Shown: positions 12,337 through 24,200 of the stretch, piece by piece
How positions within the stretch are numbered: position 1 is the first letter of the stretch
Layout of the letters: each line of letters begins with the position of its first letter
Source: an uncultured delta proteobacterium
GTDB taxonomy: Bacteria > Desulfobacterota > RBG-13-43-22
Direction of reading: 5' to 3'
Length of the DNA: 64,000 bases
Assembly: GCA_963802945.1 (NCBI GenBank)
Contig: CAWDKY010000033.1
Coordinates: 1-64,000 of the forward strand
Notes under the pieces: model-generated
The model's input: only the letters and a program-made list of their open reading frames with translations
What the model was told of the DNA's origin: nothing
Database searches by the model: none
Made by a program: the position numbers and the translations under genes

Positions 12337-13488
12337 TTGACTCCCAAAGGAGAGAGATGGTTAAGGTCCGGACATCCCTGGATATTTCGAGATGATGTCT
12401 TTTCTGTGGATAAAGTTGAAAACGGCGAAATAACCGCCCTTTATAACCGTCAAAAAAATTTTTTAGGTTGGGCGTTTTATAGCCGGTTTTCACGGATAAC
12501 CTTTCGCATCATTACCTCTCAACCCCAGATCATTGATCAAGCCTACTGGCGCCTTACCCTTCAAAAGGCCATGGATGGCCGAAAGGAATTCATGGATCGA
12601 AACCAGGCCTGTCGGATTGTTTCTTCCGAGGCCGACGGTATCCCAGGACTGATTGCCGATTGGTATGCCGGTCATCTGGTCATCCAGACACTTATTCCAG
12701 GAATAGACAGTATATTAAATCAATTAAACGATATATTTCATGAACTACTTCATCCCATTTCCATCCTGATCCGAAACGATCTCGAGGCCCGGAAACTAGA
12801 GCATCTTTCCCAAGAGGTTCGGATTCTTTCCGGACAAGTCCCGGAAAATATCCGGATTCAAGAAGGCCCTGTTCAATATTGGGTAAATCTGATGGAAGGC
12901 CAAAAAACCGGGGCTTATCTGGACCAAAGAGAAAATCGGCTTCATCTGGGTTCTTATGCCCAGAGTCAGGGAAGGGTTCTGGATTGTTTCTGTTATACCG
13001 GCGGGTTTGCCTTGCAACTGGCCCCGAAGGCCAAAGAGGTTATCGCTGTTGATGATTCGGCCTGGGCCTTGAATTCGGGCCGGAAGAATGCTGACCTGAA
13101 TGGATATTCCAATATTATTTTTCAGAAAAAAAACATCTTTGACTATCTTAAAGAAGCCGATGAACAGGGCGAGCGCTTTGACCTAATCATACTGGATCCT
13201 CCCCCCTTTGCAAAAAAGAAATCGGATGTCCCTGCTGCCCTTCGGGGATATCAGGAGTTGAATCGCCGGGCCTTACGATGCCTCAATCCTGGGGGGATAT
13301 TGAATACCCATTCCTGTTCCTATAACATTACCGAACCCATCTTCCTGGAAATTTTATCTCATTCGGTCCAAAAGGCCGGGGTCAGGGCTCATCTTCTGGA
13401 AAAAAGAATACAGGCCGGGGATCACCCGGTCTTATTGAATTTTCCAGAAAGCCTTTATTTAAAAGGGCTGATTTTAAAAATTGCCTAA
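12337..13488 (+). CDS. RlmI-like SAM-dependent rRNA methyltransferase (PUA + MTase)
   Basis: GHPWIF, SEADGIPGLIAD, GQKTGAYLDQRENR, LDCFCYTGGF, ILDPPPFAK. Confidence 0.88.
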   Translation: MTPKGERWLRSGHPWIFRDDVFSVDKVENGEITALYNRQKNFLGWAFYSRFSRITFRIITSQPQIIDQAYWRLTLQKAMDGRKEFMDRNQACRIVSSEADGIPGLIADWYAGHLVIQTLIPGIDSILNQLNDIFHELLHPISILIRNDLEARKLEHLSQEVRILSGQVPENIRIQEGPVQYWVNLMEGQKTGAYLDQRENRLHLGSYAQSQGRVLDCFCYTGGFALQLAPKAKEVIAVDDSAWALNSGRKNADLNGYSNIIFQKKNIFDYLKEADEQGERFDLIILDPPPFAKKKSDVPAALRGYQELNRRALRCLNPGGILNTHSCSYNITEPIFLEILSHSVQKAGVRAHLLEKRIQAGDHPVLLNFPESLYLKGLILKIA

Positions 13489-13543
13489 ATAAAAGTAGAA
13501 CTGAAAGAAAAGCCCTTGTATACATTTTTCACCTTGACAAGCC

Positions 13544-13725
13544 AACAGGATGCGAAAACTCATTGAGGTTACTAAAAAGTTCGATACAAGGCGCAAAATT
13601 TCAGCGTACTTTAAAGTTCGATCTAACTGCGCCAAAAGGCGGGGAGGGATGATGGCAATCCCAGGGATAGTCCTGTTGCAATCCCATCTGGCTATATAGA
13701 TGGGCCTGTTTCAGCAACCTGTTAA
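13544..13725 (+). mobile_element. MITE-like repeat, family A, degenerate copy
   Basis: Shares GATACAAGGC, AAAGGCGGGGAGGGATGA..GCAATCCC and the terminal TTTCAGCAACCTGTTAA with the 31679 copy. Confidence 0.7.
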
Positions 13726-13755
13726 TCCCTTCAAGATATTAGTTCAGGAGGAATC

Positions 13756-14407
13756 ATGCCCAGCCAAACTGTCGCCTATCCCCGGTCTTCATTACGAACC
13801 GCCGCCTATCTTGATTTTTTACAGATGCTGACCGGTGTTGGATTGATCCTTTTCATGTTGAGTCACATGATCTTAGTGAGCAGTATCAACTTCGGCCCGG
13901 GGGCCATGAATGCCTTGGCCAAATTCCTGGAGGACACCTATCTGGCCCAGATCGGAGGGCCGTTTATCGGGGCCACTTTTTTGCTTCATTTTATCTTAGC
14001 TGCCCGCAAGATTCCTTTTCGAACTCAGGAACAAAAAACCCTCTGGCAGCACAGCCGGAGACTCCATCATCTGGACACCTGGTTGTGGGTCGTTCAGGCC
14101 GGAACAGCCATGATCGTCCTTATTATGGGTTCCATTCATATCTGGACCATCCTGACGGATCTCCCGGTCACCGCGGCCAAAAGTGCGGCCCGTATCCAGG
14201 GAGGATACTGGCTGGTTTTTTATATCATACTTTTGCCTATGATCTGGTTTCATGTCGGGATCGGCTTCTACCGGATCGGGGTAAAATGGGGGATCATCAA
14301 ACGGTCCAACCGGCCCTTTTTATAAACGATTGGAGAATCTCCTGACCCTTATTTTTCTGATCATCGGGGCCGTGACGTTATATACTTTTTATACCTTAGT
14401 TCTTTAA
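13756..14407 (+). CDS. frdC: Fumarate reductase/succinate dehydrogenase cytochrome b subunit; frameshift near 14320
   Basis: Membrane protein with four His in TM segments (SHM, LHF, IHI, FHV) directly upstream of frdA. The final helix (KRLENLLTLIFLIIG...) is in another frame. Confidence 0.88.
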
Positions 14408-14563
14408 AGGCTGATGAAAAGTCAAAAGCCACAGGTGATCAAAAATGTCCAAGATGTAAGGCCCCCGTACTTAATGAGCGCCTATACACTGCAATACCGT
14501 CGCAATAGGCGGAATAAGTAATCCGCCTTGCGGACAGATAGACTTGTATCATCAACCTGTTAA
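14408..14563 (+). mobile_element. MITE-like repeat, family A, degenerate copy between frdC and frdA
   Basis: CAGGTGATCAAAAATGTCC...AATGAGCG...GTCGCAATA...ATCAACCTGTTAA. Confidence 0.65.
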
Positions 14564-14573
14564 GGAGTAGCTC

Positions 14574-16449
14574 TTGGAAACCTATTATACCGATTTATTA
14601 TGCATAGGCGCCGGACTGGCCGGCGAACGAGTGGCTGTGGAAGCGGCCTCACGAGGTTTTAAGGTCCTCTCTTTGAGTATTGTACCTCCCCGGCGTTCCC
14701 ATTCCGCGGCCGCTCAGGGAGGCATGCAGGCCTCTCTGGGGAACAGTTGTATGGGCGAAGGCGATTGTGTGGATATCCATTTCTCCGATACGGTCAAAGG
14801 TTCGGACTGGGGGTGCGACCAGGAAGTGGCCCGGCTCTTTGCCGAAACCGCCCCGATTGCCGTCCGGGAAATGGCCTACTGGGGGATCCCCTGGAACCGG
14901 GTAGTGGCCGGTAAATCCACCTATTTTAAGGCCGGGAAGCAATACGAAAAAACCGAGTCCAAAGAGAGGGAAGGGATGATCACCGCCCGGGATTTCGGGG
15001 GCACGGCCAAATGGCGGACCTGCTATACCTCTGACGGAACCGGGCACACCCTTTTGTTCACCATGGACAATGTGGTGGTTAAACTAGGGGTGACGGTCCA
15101 TGACCGGGTGGAGGTCCTTTCCCTGATCCACGACGGGGTCACCTGCATGGGGGCCGTGGCCCGATGTTTAAAAACCGGGAGTCTGCGGGTCTATCTGGCC
15201 AAGGCCACTTTGATCGCTACCGGAGGTTATGGCCGCCTGTACCGGGAAACCACCAATGCCGTGATTAATGAGGGCTCCGGGGCCGTCATTGCCCTGGATA
15301 CCGGCCTTGTCCCTCTGGGGAATATGGAGGCCGTACAATTTCACCCCACAGGTATCGTGCCCACCAATATCCTGGTCACCGAAGGCTGCCGGGGAGACGG
15401 CGGGACTTTAAAGGATGTCAACGAAGAACGGTTCATGAATATTTATGAGCCGGCCAAACAGGAACTGGCCTCACGGGATGTCGTCTCCCGCTGGATGACC
15501 CACCATATCCGGGAAGGCAAAGGGGTGAAAAGCCCATACGGCGATCATCTGTGGCTGGACATCCGCCACCTGGGGGCCAAGCATATCAAGACCAAACTCA
15601 GGGAAGTGGAAGAGATCTGCAATAAGTTCCTGGGCATTGATCCCATTACCCAGATGATCCCGGTCCGCCCGGCCCAGCATTACAGCATGGGCGGGGTCAG
15701 AACCAATAAAGACGGTGCGGCTTATGGTTTAAAAGGGCTCTTTGCCGCCGGCGAAGCGGCTTGTTGGGATATGCACGGATTTAACCGTCTGGGCGGCAAT
15801 TCCCTGGCTGAAACCATTGTGGCCGGTAAAATCGTGGGCGGAAAAGTGGCCGAGTTCCTGGAAGGATATGATCTCCAGTTTAAGACCGAATGCGGTTCGA
15901 TCAGCCCTAAAGAAAGATGAAGAACGCATTGAACGGCTGATCCAGGGCCGGGACGGCAAAGAAAATGTCTTTGAACTGCGCAAAGCCATGCAGGACGAGC
16001 TGATGGAACGGGTGGCCATTTTCCGCAATGGTCAGGATCTGCAAAAAGCAGTTGACAACTTGCAGATCATTTACGAGCGGGCTAAAAAGATCGGCCTCAA
16101 GTCCAACGGCCTGGGTGCCAATCCGGAATTAAGCCTGGCCATCCGTTTTCAAGGTATGATGCGCCTGGCCTTATGTGTGGCCTATGGGGCACTGGTGCGG
16201 ACCGAAAGCCGGGGCTGCCATGCCCGTGAGGATTATCCGGAACGAAACGACCGGGACTGGTTGAAAAGGACTTTAGCCACCTGGAAGGAAGGAGAAAGTC
16301 TACCCACTCTGAACTATGAGTCCAATTCGCGGGTCTGGGAAATCCCGCCCGGAGATCGGGGATACGGGACCTGTACGATCATCTGTTCCGAAGATCCGGT
16401 GGTCTGTGGCCTGAAACAACCGGAACCGGTTTCTGAATTTAATGAATGA
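14574..16449 (+). CDS. frdA: Fumarate reductase flavoprotein subunit; frameshift near 15895
   Basis: [17 protein letters not shown] (FAD-His motif), [43 protein letters not shown]. Confidence 0.95.
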
Positions 16450-16455
16450 ATTAGA

Positions 16456-16560
16456 GCTCTCAGCATCAGCTATCAGCAGCCAGCCAAAACAAATCCAAAC
16501 ATGATGGCCTGCACCAATTACTGAAAGCTGAACGCTGAGGGCTGATCGCTAATTGCTAAT
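16456..16560. repeat. 7-nt-period inverted repeat (xxTCAGC ... GCTGAxx) between frdA and frdB
   Basis: ctctcagc atcagc tatcagc agccagc ... ctgaaa gctgaac gctgagg gctgatc gctaatt gcta. Confidence 0.75.
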
Positions 16561-16577
16561 AAACGAGGTTTTTTAAT

Positions 16578-17321
16578 ATGTCCAGAAAGTTGACCTTTCA
16601 TATCTTTCGTTATACTCCGCTGGATCCTTCTTCCCAGCCGCATCTGGAGGATTTCCACTTGGAAGAAACCGACAGCCTGACTATTTTTATCGCCTTGAAT
16701 CAAATCCGGGAAGAACAGGACCCCAGCCTTCAATTTGATTTTTGCTGCCGGGCCGGGATCTGCGGGTCCTGCGCCATGCTGATCAATGGGCGTCCTGATC
16801 TGGCCTGCCATACCAAGACCAAGGACCTGCCTGATGAAATCACCTTATTGCCTTTGCCGGTCTTTAAACTGATCGGGGATTTATCGGTGGACACCGGCAA
16901 CTGGTTTCGGGCCATGAATGAGAAGGTGGAATCCTGGGTTCATACGGACAAGGTCTTTGACCCTACGGCCGAAGAAGAGCGCATGGAAAACCAATTGGCC
17001 GAAGAAATCTATGAATTGGAAAGATGCATTGAATGCGGCTGCTGCGTGGCGGCCTGCGGCACGGCCAATATGCGGCCGGATTTCATCGGGGCCGTGGCCT
17101 TAAACCGCATCGCCCGCTTTATGATGGATCCGCGGGATCAAAGGACCGAGAAAGAATATTTTGAAGTGGTCGGGACCGATGAAGGGATATTCGGCTGCAT
17201 GGGCCTGTTGGGCTGTGAAGACGTCTGTCCCAAGAACCTGCCCCTGCAGGATCAGTTGGGGATCCTGCGCCGTAAGATGGGCTGGAGTGCCGTTAAACAA
17301 CTCTTTCAGCGAAGGGCTTGA
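16578..17321 (+). CDS. frdB: Fumarate reductase iron-sulfur subunit
   Basis: CRAGICGSC, CIECGCCVAAC, CMGLLGCEDVCP. Confidence 0.95.
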   Translation: MSRKLTFHIFRYTPLDPSSQPHLEDFHLEETDSLTIFIALNQIREEQDPSLQFDFCCRAGICGSCAMLINGRPDLACHTKTKDLPDEITLLPLPVFKLIGDLSVDTGNWFRAMNEKVESWVHTDKVFDPTAEEERMENQLAEEIYELERCIECGCCVAACGTANMRPDFIGAVALNRIARFMMDPRDQRTEKEYFEVVGTDEGIFGCMGLLGCEDVCPKNLPLQDQLGILRRKMGWSAVKQLFQRRA

Positions 17322-17335
17322 GGACAACAGAAATT

Positions 17336-17448
17336 ATTAGAATTCAGAATCCAGAAGTCAGAATTCAGTAGTTGAATAACAAGCACTAAAGTTAAATAGT
17401 GGAGCTACTCTTTTTATTCTGGATTCTGACTCCTGACTCTTACTTTCT
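17336..17448. repeat. 7-nt-period inverted repeat (AGAATTC ... TTCTGAC) between convergent genes
   Basis: agaattc agaatcc agaagtc agaattc agtag ... attctgg attctga ctcctga ctct. Confidence 0.75.
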
Positions 17449-17456
17449 ATGTTTTT

Positions 17457-18000
17457 CTAAAATTTCCCCTGATGCACAAACTCCGCAATCTCCCGCCTTC
17501 TTGGGAGCGGCCGGTACTTTTTCCGGATACCCTAAGGGGAGCATGCTCACCACTTCGTATCCCTCCGGCACTCCTAAGGCCTCTTTGGCCTTTCCTTGGT
17601 CGAAAAGTCCCACGACCACCGTACCCAGACCGAGCGAATGAGCGGTCAGACAAACCGACTGAGTGGCAATCCCCAGGTCATATAAAAACCAATCCCCTAA
17701 CTTGGTGGCTGCTTGTCCTTTATAAAATCCCGCCCTTTGCAACTGACCGCAAAGGACCAGGACAATGGGGGCCTCCACCATGGCCTTGCCGGCCGGATTG
17801 GTCGGAGTTAGCGTGGCTTGAAGTTTTTGTTTGGTCTCCTGGTCTTTAACCACGACCACTTCCCAGCACTGGGTATTGGCCCAGGAAGGGGACCAGCGCA
17901 GGGCCTCCAATACTTTATTTAAAACATCCTCCGGCACCGCCTTATCTTGATAATTTCGGACGCTTCTTCTGCCTTGTATGATCTCCAACAAATCAGCCAT
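17457..18000 (-). CDS. Nitroreductase family protein; frameshift near the C-terminus
   Basis: RRSVRNY, SPSWANTQCW, DLGIATQ, LPLGYP. Probable true end RREIAEFVHQGKF* at 17457. Confidence 0.9.
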
Positions 18001-18219
18001 GAATTCTACCCCTCCTCATGAAAATTTGATTGAAGCTAATATAACAGTTGCCGGGATGATAATTCAAGTATCTTTTACAGAAATTTACCGCAAGAAATTT
18101 ATTTACAAAATAACAAGTTATCAAATATAATTTTTTATCCTGACCATCCTTGTTCATCAATATCTTCAGGAAATTTATCACTTGGGATGGTATCTTAAGA
18201 AATTCTGGGGGAAAACGAG

Positions 18220-18816
18220 TTGAATATCGTATTCGATCTGGGAGGGGTAATCTTCACCTGGAAGCCCGAAGAGATTATCGCCAGGGCATTCTCCAATCCA
18301 TCCGCTCGGGCCTTAGTCCGACGGAACATCTTTGGACATCACGACTGGACTCTTCTAGACCGCGGAACCCTCCTTTATCCGGAGGCCATCTTGAGGGCAA
18401 CGGCCCGCACCGGATTATCGGCATCATCTATTTCCGAATTCTTTCGTCAGGTTCCTCTTTCCTTAGTGGCCGTGCCGGAGACGGTGGACCTATCGCGTCG
18501 TCTAAAGACCAGGGGTCACAGGCTGTTTTATTTATCCAACATGCATACAGCCGCTATGAATTATGTCGAACAGATCTATACCTTCTGGGATGTTTTTAAA
18601 GGCGGTATTATGTCCTGCCGGGTCCATTGGGTAAAGCCGGAGCCGGAAATTTATACCTGTCTCATAGAGCAGTATGAATTGGAGGTTAGTCAGACCGTAT
18701 TCATTGATGACTTCACCGGCAATCTTGAGCCGGCAGTCCGGCTTGGAATGCAAACCATAAAGTTTAATAATGTGGAGCAATGTGAACGGCAATTGATGGC
18801 CTTGGACTGCCTCTAA
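18220..18816 (+). CDS. HAD-family phosphatase (YihX-like)
   Basis: FDLGGV, LSN, KPEPEIY, FIDD. Confidence 0.9.
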   Translation: MNIVFDLGGVIFTWKPEEIIARAFSNPSARALVRRNIFGHHDWTLLDRGTLLYPEAILRATARTGLSASSISEFFRQVPLSLVAVPETVDLSRRLKTRGHRLFYLSNMHTAAMNYVEQIYTFWDVFKGGIMSCRVHWVKPEPEIYTCLIEQYELEVSQTVFIDDFTGNLEPAVRLGMQTIKFNNVEQCERQLMALDCL

Positions 18817-18858
18817 AGCTACAGACAGCCTTACCATCTATAGACTATGGAAACCCGT

Positions 18859-20393
18859 TTAATCCTCTTCGGCCTCTGATATTTGAACCGGCAATCGGAG
18901 GATAAAGACGGTTCCCTGCCCCTTATTGGGGCGGACTTCAATGCTTCCGCCGTGTTCCCCAATGATTCCATAGACCGTGGAAAGTCCCAACCCGGTTCCC
19001 TTTTCCTTGGTGGTAAAGAAAGGGTCAAAGATCCGGGGGAGATTTTCCGCTGGAATTCCACAGCCGGTGTCTGCAATTTCCACTCCGATCTTGTCTTCTT
19101 CCGGGATGGAATAGGTGCGCACCGTCAGGATGCCTTTCCCATTCATGGCATCGACCGCATTGGTCATCAGGTTGATGAAAACCTGATTCAGTTGTCCCGG
19201 ATCGGCGACAATCGGAGTCAAAAGCGGATCGATTTCTTTGATAATTTGGATGTCATGAAACAGGGCTTGTCTGCCCAGGAGACCGATGATTTGTTCCAAA
19301 GATTGGTTGATGTTGCACTGAACCCAGCGGTGTTTGGTTTCCCGGCTGAAATCAAGCAATTCTTTGACGATATCTTTACATCGTATGGTTTGATCGACAA
19401 TGTGTTTCAGGTTGGCCCATTTGGGATCTCCAGGAGGGGTCTCTTCAAGCAACAGGTTGGAATAAATCAAGATTCCTCCCAAAGGATTGTTGATTTCATG
19501 GGCCACTCCGGCAGCCATTTTTCCCAGAGAACCCATCTTTTCCGAATGCAGAAGTTTAAGCTGGGTTTCCTCCAATTCCTTTTGCATACGAAATCGTTCG
19601 CGCAAATCGGTAAAAATACCGACCGAGGCCATCTCTTTCCCTTCTTCATCATAAATGATAGCGGCTGAAAGACTGGCCGGGAGAATCTCTCCCTTTTTGG
19701 TAACCAAATTGACCTGGGTACTGCTCAATTTACCGGCCGGTCCAAAATCAGGATCTCTGAGCTTTTTCATAATCTCTTTGGCATGGTCGGGGATATACAT
19801 CTGGGTGATATGAACGCCGCCGTTGATGACCTCATCGGCTGAATATCCGAGCATCAACTCGGCCCCCTGGTTAAAAAGAATAACGTTCCCTTTGATGTCG
19901 GCGGCAATGATACCATCCACAGAGCTGATGATGATATTGGTTAAAAAGCTATTGGTTTTCCTCAGTTCATTTTCAATTCGAACACGCTCGGACAAATCCC
20001 GCAGGTAGGCATAGATTTTTAATGACCCTTCGAGGGGTGCCAAAGCCAGACAAACTTCGACTTCCCTTTTGGTTTTGGACTTGGTGATGATCTTAAATTC
20101 GGTGCAAACCTTTGGGTTTTCATTGGATTGAAGACGCATCTGGGTCGGTAAACTCAACAAAAATTCCTGATCTGCGGAGGAGAGCAGGTCCCTAAAATTC
20201 TTGCCGATCAATTGATCTTTGGAAAAACCTGTGATCTCCGAAGCTAGGACATTGGCGAATTCAATCCGATAATCCTGATCAAAGACCAAAATGCCATCGT
20301 TGCTCAACTCAATAATTTTAGGGAAGGGCTTGGGGAAGGTCAAATAAATTGGGTTCCATCGGGGGAGAAACCATAAGGTCTTTTGGGGCCATA
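18859..20393 (-). CDS. Cytoplasmic two-PAS-domain sensor histidine kinase
   Basis: Two PAS domains, GVAHEINNPL, QVFINLMTNA, DTGCGI, GTGLGL. The start probably extends to MAPKDL (~20393) via a frameshift near 20320. Confidence 0.9.
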
Positions 20394-20810
20394 AAATTCC
20401 TTATTCCAACCCGTCGGCTCTTTTTTGATGCCGCACCAATATCGACATCTTGGAGCTCAAGGCCGGAGGTAATGAACTTAATCTTGTTGGATACCTTGAT
20501 TTCATTTCTAAAACTTGAGATTGGGCAAATCTTCATTACTTCCTCTATCTGAAGGCTGAAAAAGAAAAAGGACCGCTTGGCCGACCGTAGAATTAAACCA
20601 GTATTGATTATTTTACTTGGATTTCAAGGTCTGTCAACTCAATAAAAAAGGGGACGGTTTGGCGGTGAACAGAAACAGTAAAGGTAGGGAGACAAGGAAT
20701 GCAAAGGTTAACGTTTCGATAGTTGTAGACGGTGTTTCCTTGGCTCAGAACACGGAATTTTTGATGGACTTAACAAAAATATCCTTGGTCAAGGGCTAGC
20801 CCCCTAGGCA

Positions 20811-20998
20811 CTATAGGAGATTATCTTTTGAGTTATCTATTATTAAATTGACAGTATTCTTAGCCGGTCCAATTCCCTTCAGGGCCAATTTTCTGACTTC
20901 CTCCGATACGAATGCAAAGCCGGCATTCCCACACGGGCTGCTTCCAAAGCCGCGTTCAACGCCAACAGATAAGTCTAAAAGAAGGCTATTTCATCATC
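20811..20998 (-). pseudogene. Remnant of a methyl-accepting chemotaxis protein signalling hairpin
   Basis: Manual translation: DEIAFF*TYLLALNAALEAARVG / NAGFAFVSEEVRKLA...AKNTVNLI, matching the MCP consensus with a stop and a frameshift. Confidence 0.75.
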
Positions 20999-21276
20999 GG
21001 AATAATAAAAATAACTTTAACCGAGATGAAATCACAAAATTGGAGTATAGAAAAAAAGAAAAATTGATCGGTTTGGGAAAGATGGCCCCTCCACTCTCAG
21101 TTCATACCCTGAAGAATAGGCCATCAAGGTTGAAACCATTTCTGAAAAAAAGACGGGGGGTTTCACGATCTTCGAGTAAAAAGAGCAGGGATGGGGAAAT
21201 TCATTGACATCGTCATAGAAATCCTCATATAATAATTTGTAATGATCCAAATGCGGCCTCAGAAGAGAGATTCTCA

Positions 21277-21609
21277 TTGAACAGCTCCGACTCCAAATTC
21301 CCAAGCCAGGGCAAAAGGAGATACTCCCGGATAGCGATGGGTGTTTCCATCCTCATTCCCCATCTTCAAAAAAAATTGATCTGTAACAACCTATCAAAAG
21401 TAGGCTGCTTTTTCCCTGATTCCGACTTGGGTCCTGTAGGGGAAACCATTTCTCTGCTGATAGACCCTCCGGAGATCGGACTTATTCCTGTAGAAGCCCG
21501 TATCGTCCATAAAGGAAAGGATGGAAAAGGAGCCGGTCTTGAATTCATTGATTTAGATCCAGAAATGGAGGTCAAACTTGCTTCTTTTTTGGAGATCTTT
21601 GAGAGTTGA
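21277..21609 (+). CDS. Single PilZ-domain protein (putative c-di-GMP binding)
   Basis: RRYSR (RxxxR) and NLSKVG (D/NxSxxG), plus GAGLEF. Confidence 0.8.
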   Translation: MNSSDSKFPSQGKRRYSRIAMGVSILIPHLQKKLICNNLSKVGCFFPDSDLGPVGETISLLIDPPEIGLIPVEARIVHKGKDGKGAGLEFIDLDPEMEVKLASFLEIFES

Positions 21610-21619
21610 TCAAAAAATA

Positions 21620-23311
21620 TTAGCCTTTCTCCCCTTTCTCGATCTTGGCCCAGGAATCCTTCAAAGGGACGGAGCGGTTGAAGACCGGCTTACCCGACCT
21701 TGAATCAACGGCATCCAGGCAGAAATAGCCCTGCCTCTCGAATTGAAAGAGTATACCTGCTTCGGCCTTGATCAGGCTTGGCTCCAGTCTGCAGCCTTTT
21801 AAAGTGACTAAGGAATCAGGATTCAGCACAGCAGTAAAATCCCCCTCAGCCACTTCTTCCGGGTCTGGTTTCAAAAACAGGTACTCGTACAAACGCACTT
21901 CGGCCTCAATGGACTGTTCAGCCGACACCCAGTGCAGGGTGGCCTTGACCTTGCGCCCATCCGGTGAATCCCCTCCCCGGGTAGCCGGATCATAGGTGCA
22001 ATGGAGTTCCTTGATCTGCCCGGTCTGTTCGTCTTTGATCACTTCTCTGCAGGTAATAAAATATCCGTAGCGCAGCCGGACCTCCCGACCGGGGGCCAGA
22101 CGAAAAAACTTTTTGGGCGGATCTTCCCGAAAATCATCCTGTTCAATATAAAGGACCCTGGAAAAAGGGACAGTTCGGGTTCCCATATTCGGATCTTCAG
22201 GATTGTTAATTGCCGGAAGATCCTCCACCAATGCCTCTGGATAATTATCGATCACCACTTTAAGGGGTTTCAAAACAGCCATGGCCCGCTGGGCACGTTT
22301 ATTGAGGTCTTCCCGCAGACAGTGCTCCAGCAGGGCGATGTCCACCACGCTGTTACTCTTGGCCACCCCAATGCGCTCGCAAAAATTACGGATGGCCTCC
22401 GGGGTGTAACCCCGTCGGCGCAGACCGGAAATGGTTGGCATCCGGGGGTCGTCCCAGCCGGAAACTCGTCCTTCTTGGACCAGCCTTAGCAGTTTTCTTT
22501 TGCTCATCACCGTGTAGGTCAAGTTCAGCCGGGCGAACTCTATCTGCCGGGAGTGATAGATCTCCAGGGCATCCAGGAACCAGTCATAGAGGGGACGGTG
22601 GTCTTCAAATTCCAGGGTGCAGATCGAATGGGTGATACCCTCGATCGAATCACTCTGGCCGTGGGCGAAATCGTAACTAGGATAAATGCACCATTTATCA
22701 CCGGTCCGATGGTGGTTGGCCTTGAGGATACGGTACATCACAGGGTCCCGCATGTTGATATTAGGATGGGCCATATCGATCTTGGCCCGCAGGGTCCGCG
22801 CCCCTTCGGGGAATTCACCGGTCACCATGCGGGAAAAGAGGTCCAGGTTTTCCTCTACACTGCGGTTGCGAAAGGGGCTTTCTTTCCCCGGCTCGGTCAG
22901 GGTGCCCCGATACCGGCGCATCTCTTCGGCGCTCAGGTCGCAGACATAGGCCAGACCCTTTTTGATCAGCTTCAAGGCAAATTCAAGAAGCTTATCGAAG
23001 TAATCCGAGGCGTAAAATTCGCGGCCCTCCCAATCGAAGCCCAGCCAATGGACATCCTCCTTGATGGATTCCACGTACTCCACTTCTTCCTTGGTCGGGT
23101 TAGTGTCGTCAAAACGAAGATTGCACTGGCCCCCGAACTCGGCCGCCAGACCAAAATTGAGGCAGATGGATTTGGCATGGCCGATATGGAGATAGCCGTT
23201 GGGCTCAGGTGGAAAGCGGGTATGGACCCGGCCTTGATATTTACCGGATTTCAAATCTTCCATAATAATTTCTTTGATGAAATGGGAGGAAATGGGAGAA
23301 TCACTGGACAT
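21620..23311 (-). CDS. glnS: Glutaminyl-tRNA synthetase
   Basis: [29 protein letters not shown]; AAGGAG RBS before the ATG at 23311. Confidence 0.97.
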   Translation of the reverse strand: MSSDSPISSHFIKEIIMEDLKSGKYQGRVHTRFPPEPNGYLHIGHAKSICLNFGLAAEFGGQCNLRFDDTNPTKEEVEYVESIKEDVHWLGFDWEGREFYASDYFDKLLEFALKLIKKGLAYVCDLSAEEMRRYRGTLTEPGKESPFRNRSVEENLDLFSRMVTGEFPEGARTLRAKIDMAHPNINMRDPVMYRILKANHHRTGDKWCIYPSYDFAHGQSDSIEGITHSICTLEFEDHRPLYDWFLDALEIYHSRQIEFARLNLTYTVMSKRKLLRLVQEGRVSGWDDPRMPTISGLRRRGYTPEAIRNFCERIGVAKSNSVVDIALLEHCLREDLNKRAQRAMAVLKPLKVVIDNYPEALVEDLPAINNPEDPNMGTRTVPFSRVLYIEQDDFREDPPKKFFRLAPGREVRLRYGYFITCREVIKDEQTGQIKELHCTYDPATRGGDSPDGRKVKATLHWVSAEQSIEAEVRLYEYLFLKPDPEEVAEGDFTAVLNPDSLVTLKGCRLEPSLIKAEAGILFQFERQGYFCLDAVDSRSGKPVFNRSVPLKDSWAKIEKGEKG

Positions 23312-23468
23312 ATTCAACACTCCTTAAAGATGTTTCATTCACTGGTTTTTCATGTCGATATTTATATCATGACAAAAAGTTATTAAATTCTCAACTAAAA
23401 TAAACGAAATAATAGCTGGAAAAGGCAATAAGCCGAACCTATTCTCTCGCCTTAAAAAATCATGGACT

Positions 23469-23753
23469 TTAATTCATTTGAATGGAAAAACGGGGAGGAG
23501 TGATGTTCTCGCTACGGCATAAGAAACATTTACTCGGTGGAGTAAGCCGATCCCTTTTTTTAAAGACAAATCCGCACTCCCTGCAGGCCGAAGGGATTAG
23601 GACGAATTTCCCTCCCAGGGAACGGGACTTTGAGATATGAACCAAATGTTCATAGACCTCCTTTTCCCGGATTCCAATAGCCTGAGAAATGGCTTTGGCC
23701 GTCAACTCCTTTTCTTTTAAAACAAAGATTATGGATTGGCGTAAAGTACCCAT
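23469..23753 (-). CDS. Small HTH + zinc-ribbon putative transcriptional regulator
   Basis: N-terminal HTH (EKEVYEHLVHI) then CRECGF...PSKCFLC. Confidence 0.75.
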   Translation of the reverse strand: MGTLRQSIIFVLKEKELTAKAISQAIGIREKEVYEHLVHISKSRSLGGKFVLIPSACRECGFVFKKRDRLTPPSKCFLCRSENITPPRFSIQMN

Positions 23754-24200
23754 TTATCGGTCAGGACGTCGCAGCCATCGGCACGATTCCATCCAGGGCT
23801 GAACGACCAGAAAAAGAGCCGGCAGAATAAAAAGCGTATGCCTGCCCATCGTAAAAATTGAAATCTTTTCGCCTAATCCGAAGCAGCCGCAATCGGCTTC
23901 AATGCCTCGGAGGAAGGTCACCAACATGACAGACACGAAAAAAAGGAGAAGAACCCCAGCAACGCCGGCAGTATATCGGATCAGGATGCCGAGTACCAGA
24001 AGTATCCCCAGAGTGATCTCCAGCCAGGGCAGTATCTTCACCACCCAAATCACCAAATTCGGGGATAGTAATTGGTAAGCCTCAACAGCGGCTGCGAACT
24101 GCAGGGGATTTCCTACTTTGGTGTAACCGGCATAGATAAAGATCCCTCCCAGAAAAAGGCGGCAAGCCCAATGCAAAATGTGTGGAATTATCCTGCTCAT
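23754..24200 (-). CDS. MauE/DoxX-family membrane protein
   Basis: RLFLGGIFIYAG, LPWLE, CGCFG. Confidence 0.85.
   Translation of the reverse strand: MSRIIPHILHWACRLFLGGIFIYAGYTKVGNPLQFAAAVEAYQLLSPNLVIWVVKILPWLEITLGILLVLGILIRYTAGVAGVLLLFFVSVMLVTFLRGIEADCGCFGLGEKISIFTMGRHTLFILPALFLVVQPWMESCRWLRRPDR

Noticed and set aside
20864-20960. Possible c-di-GMP-I riboswitch (GCAAAGCC)
   Set aside because: No GAAA tetraloop/receptor stem; the sequence is explained by the MCP remnant on the opposite strand.
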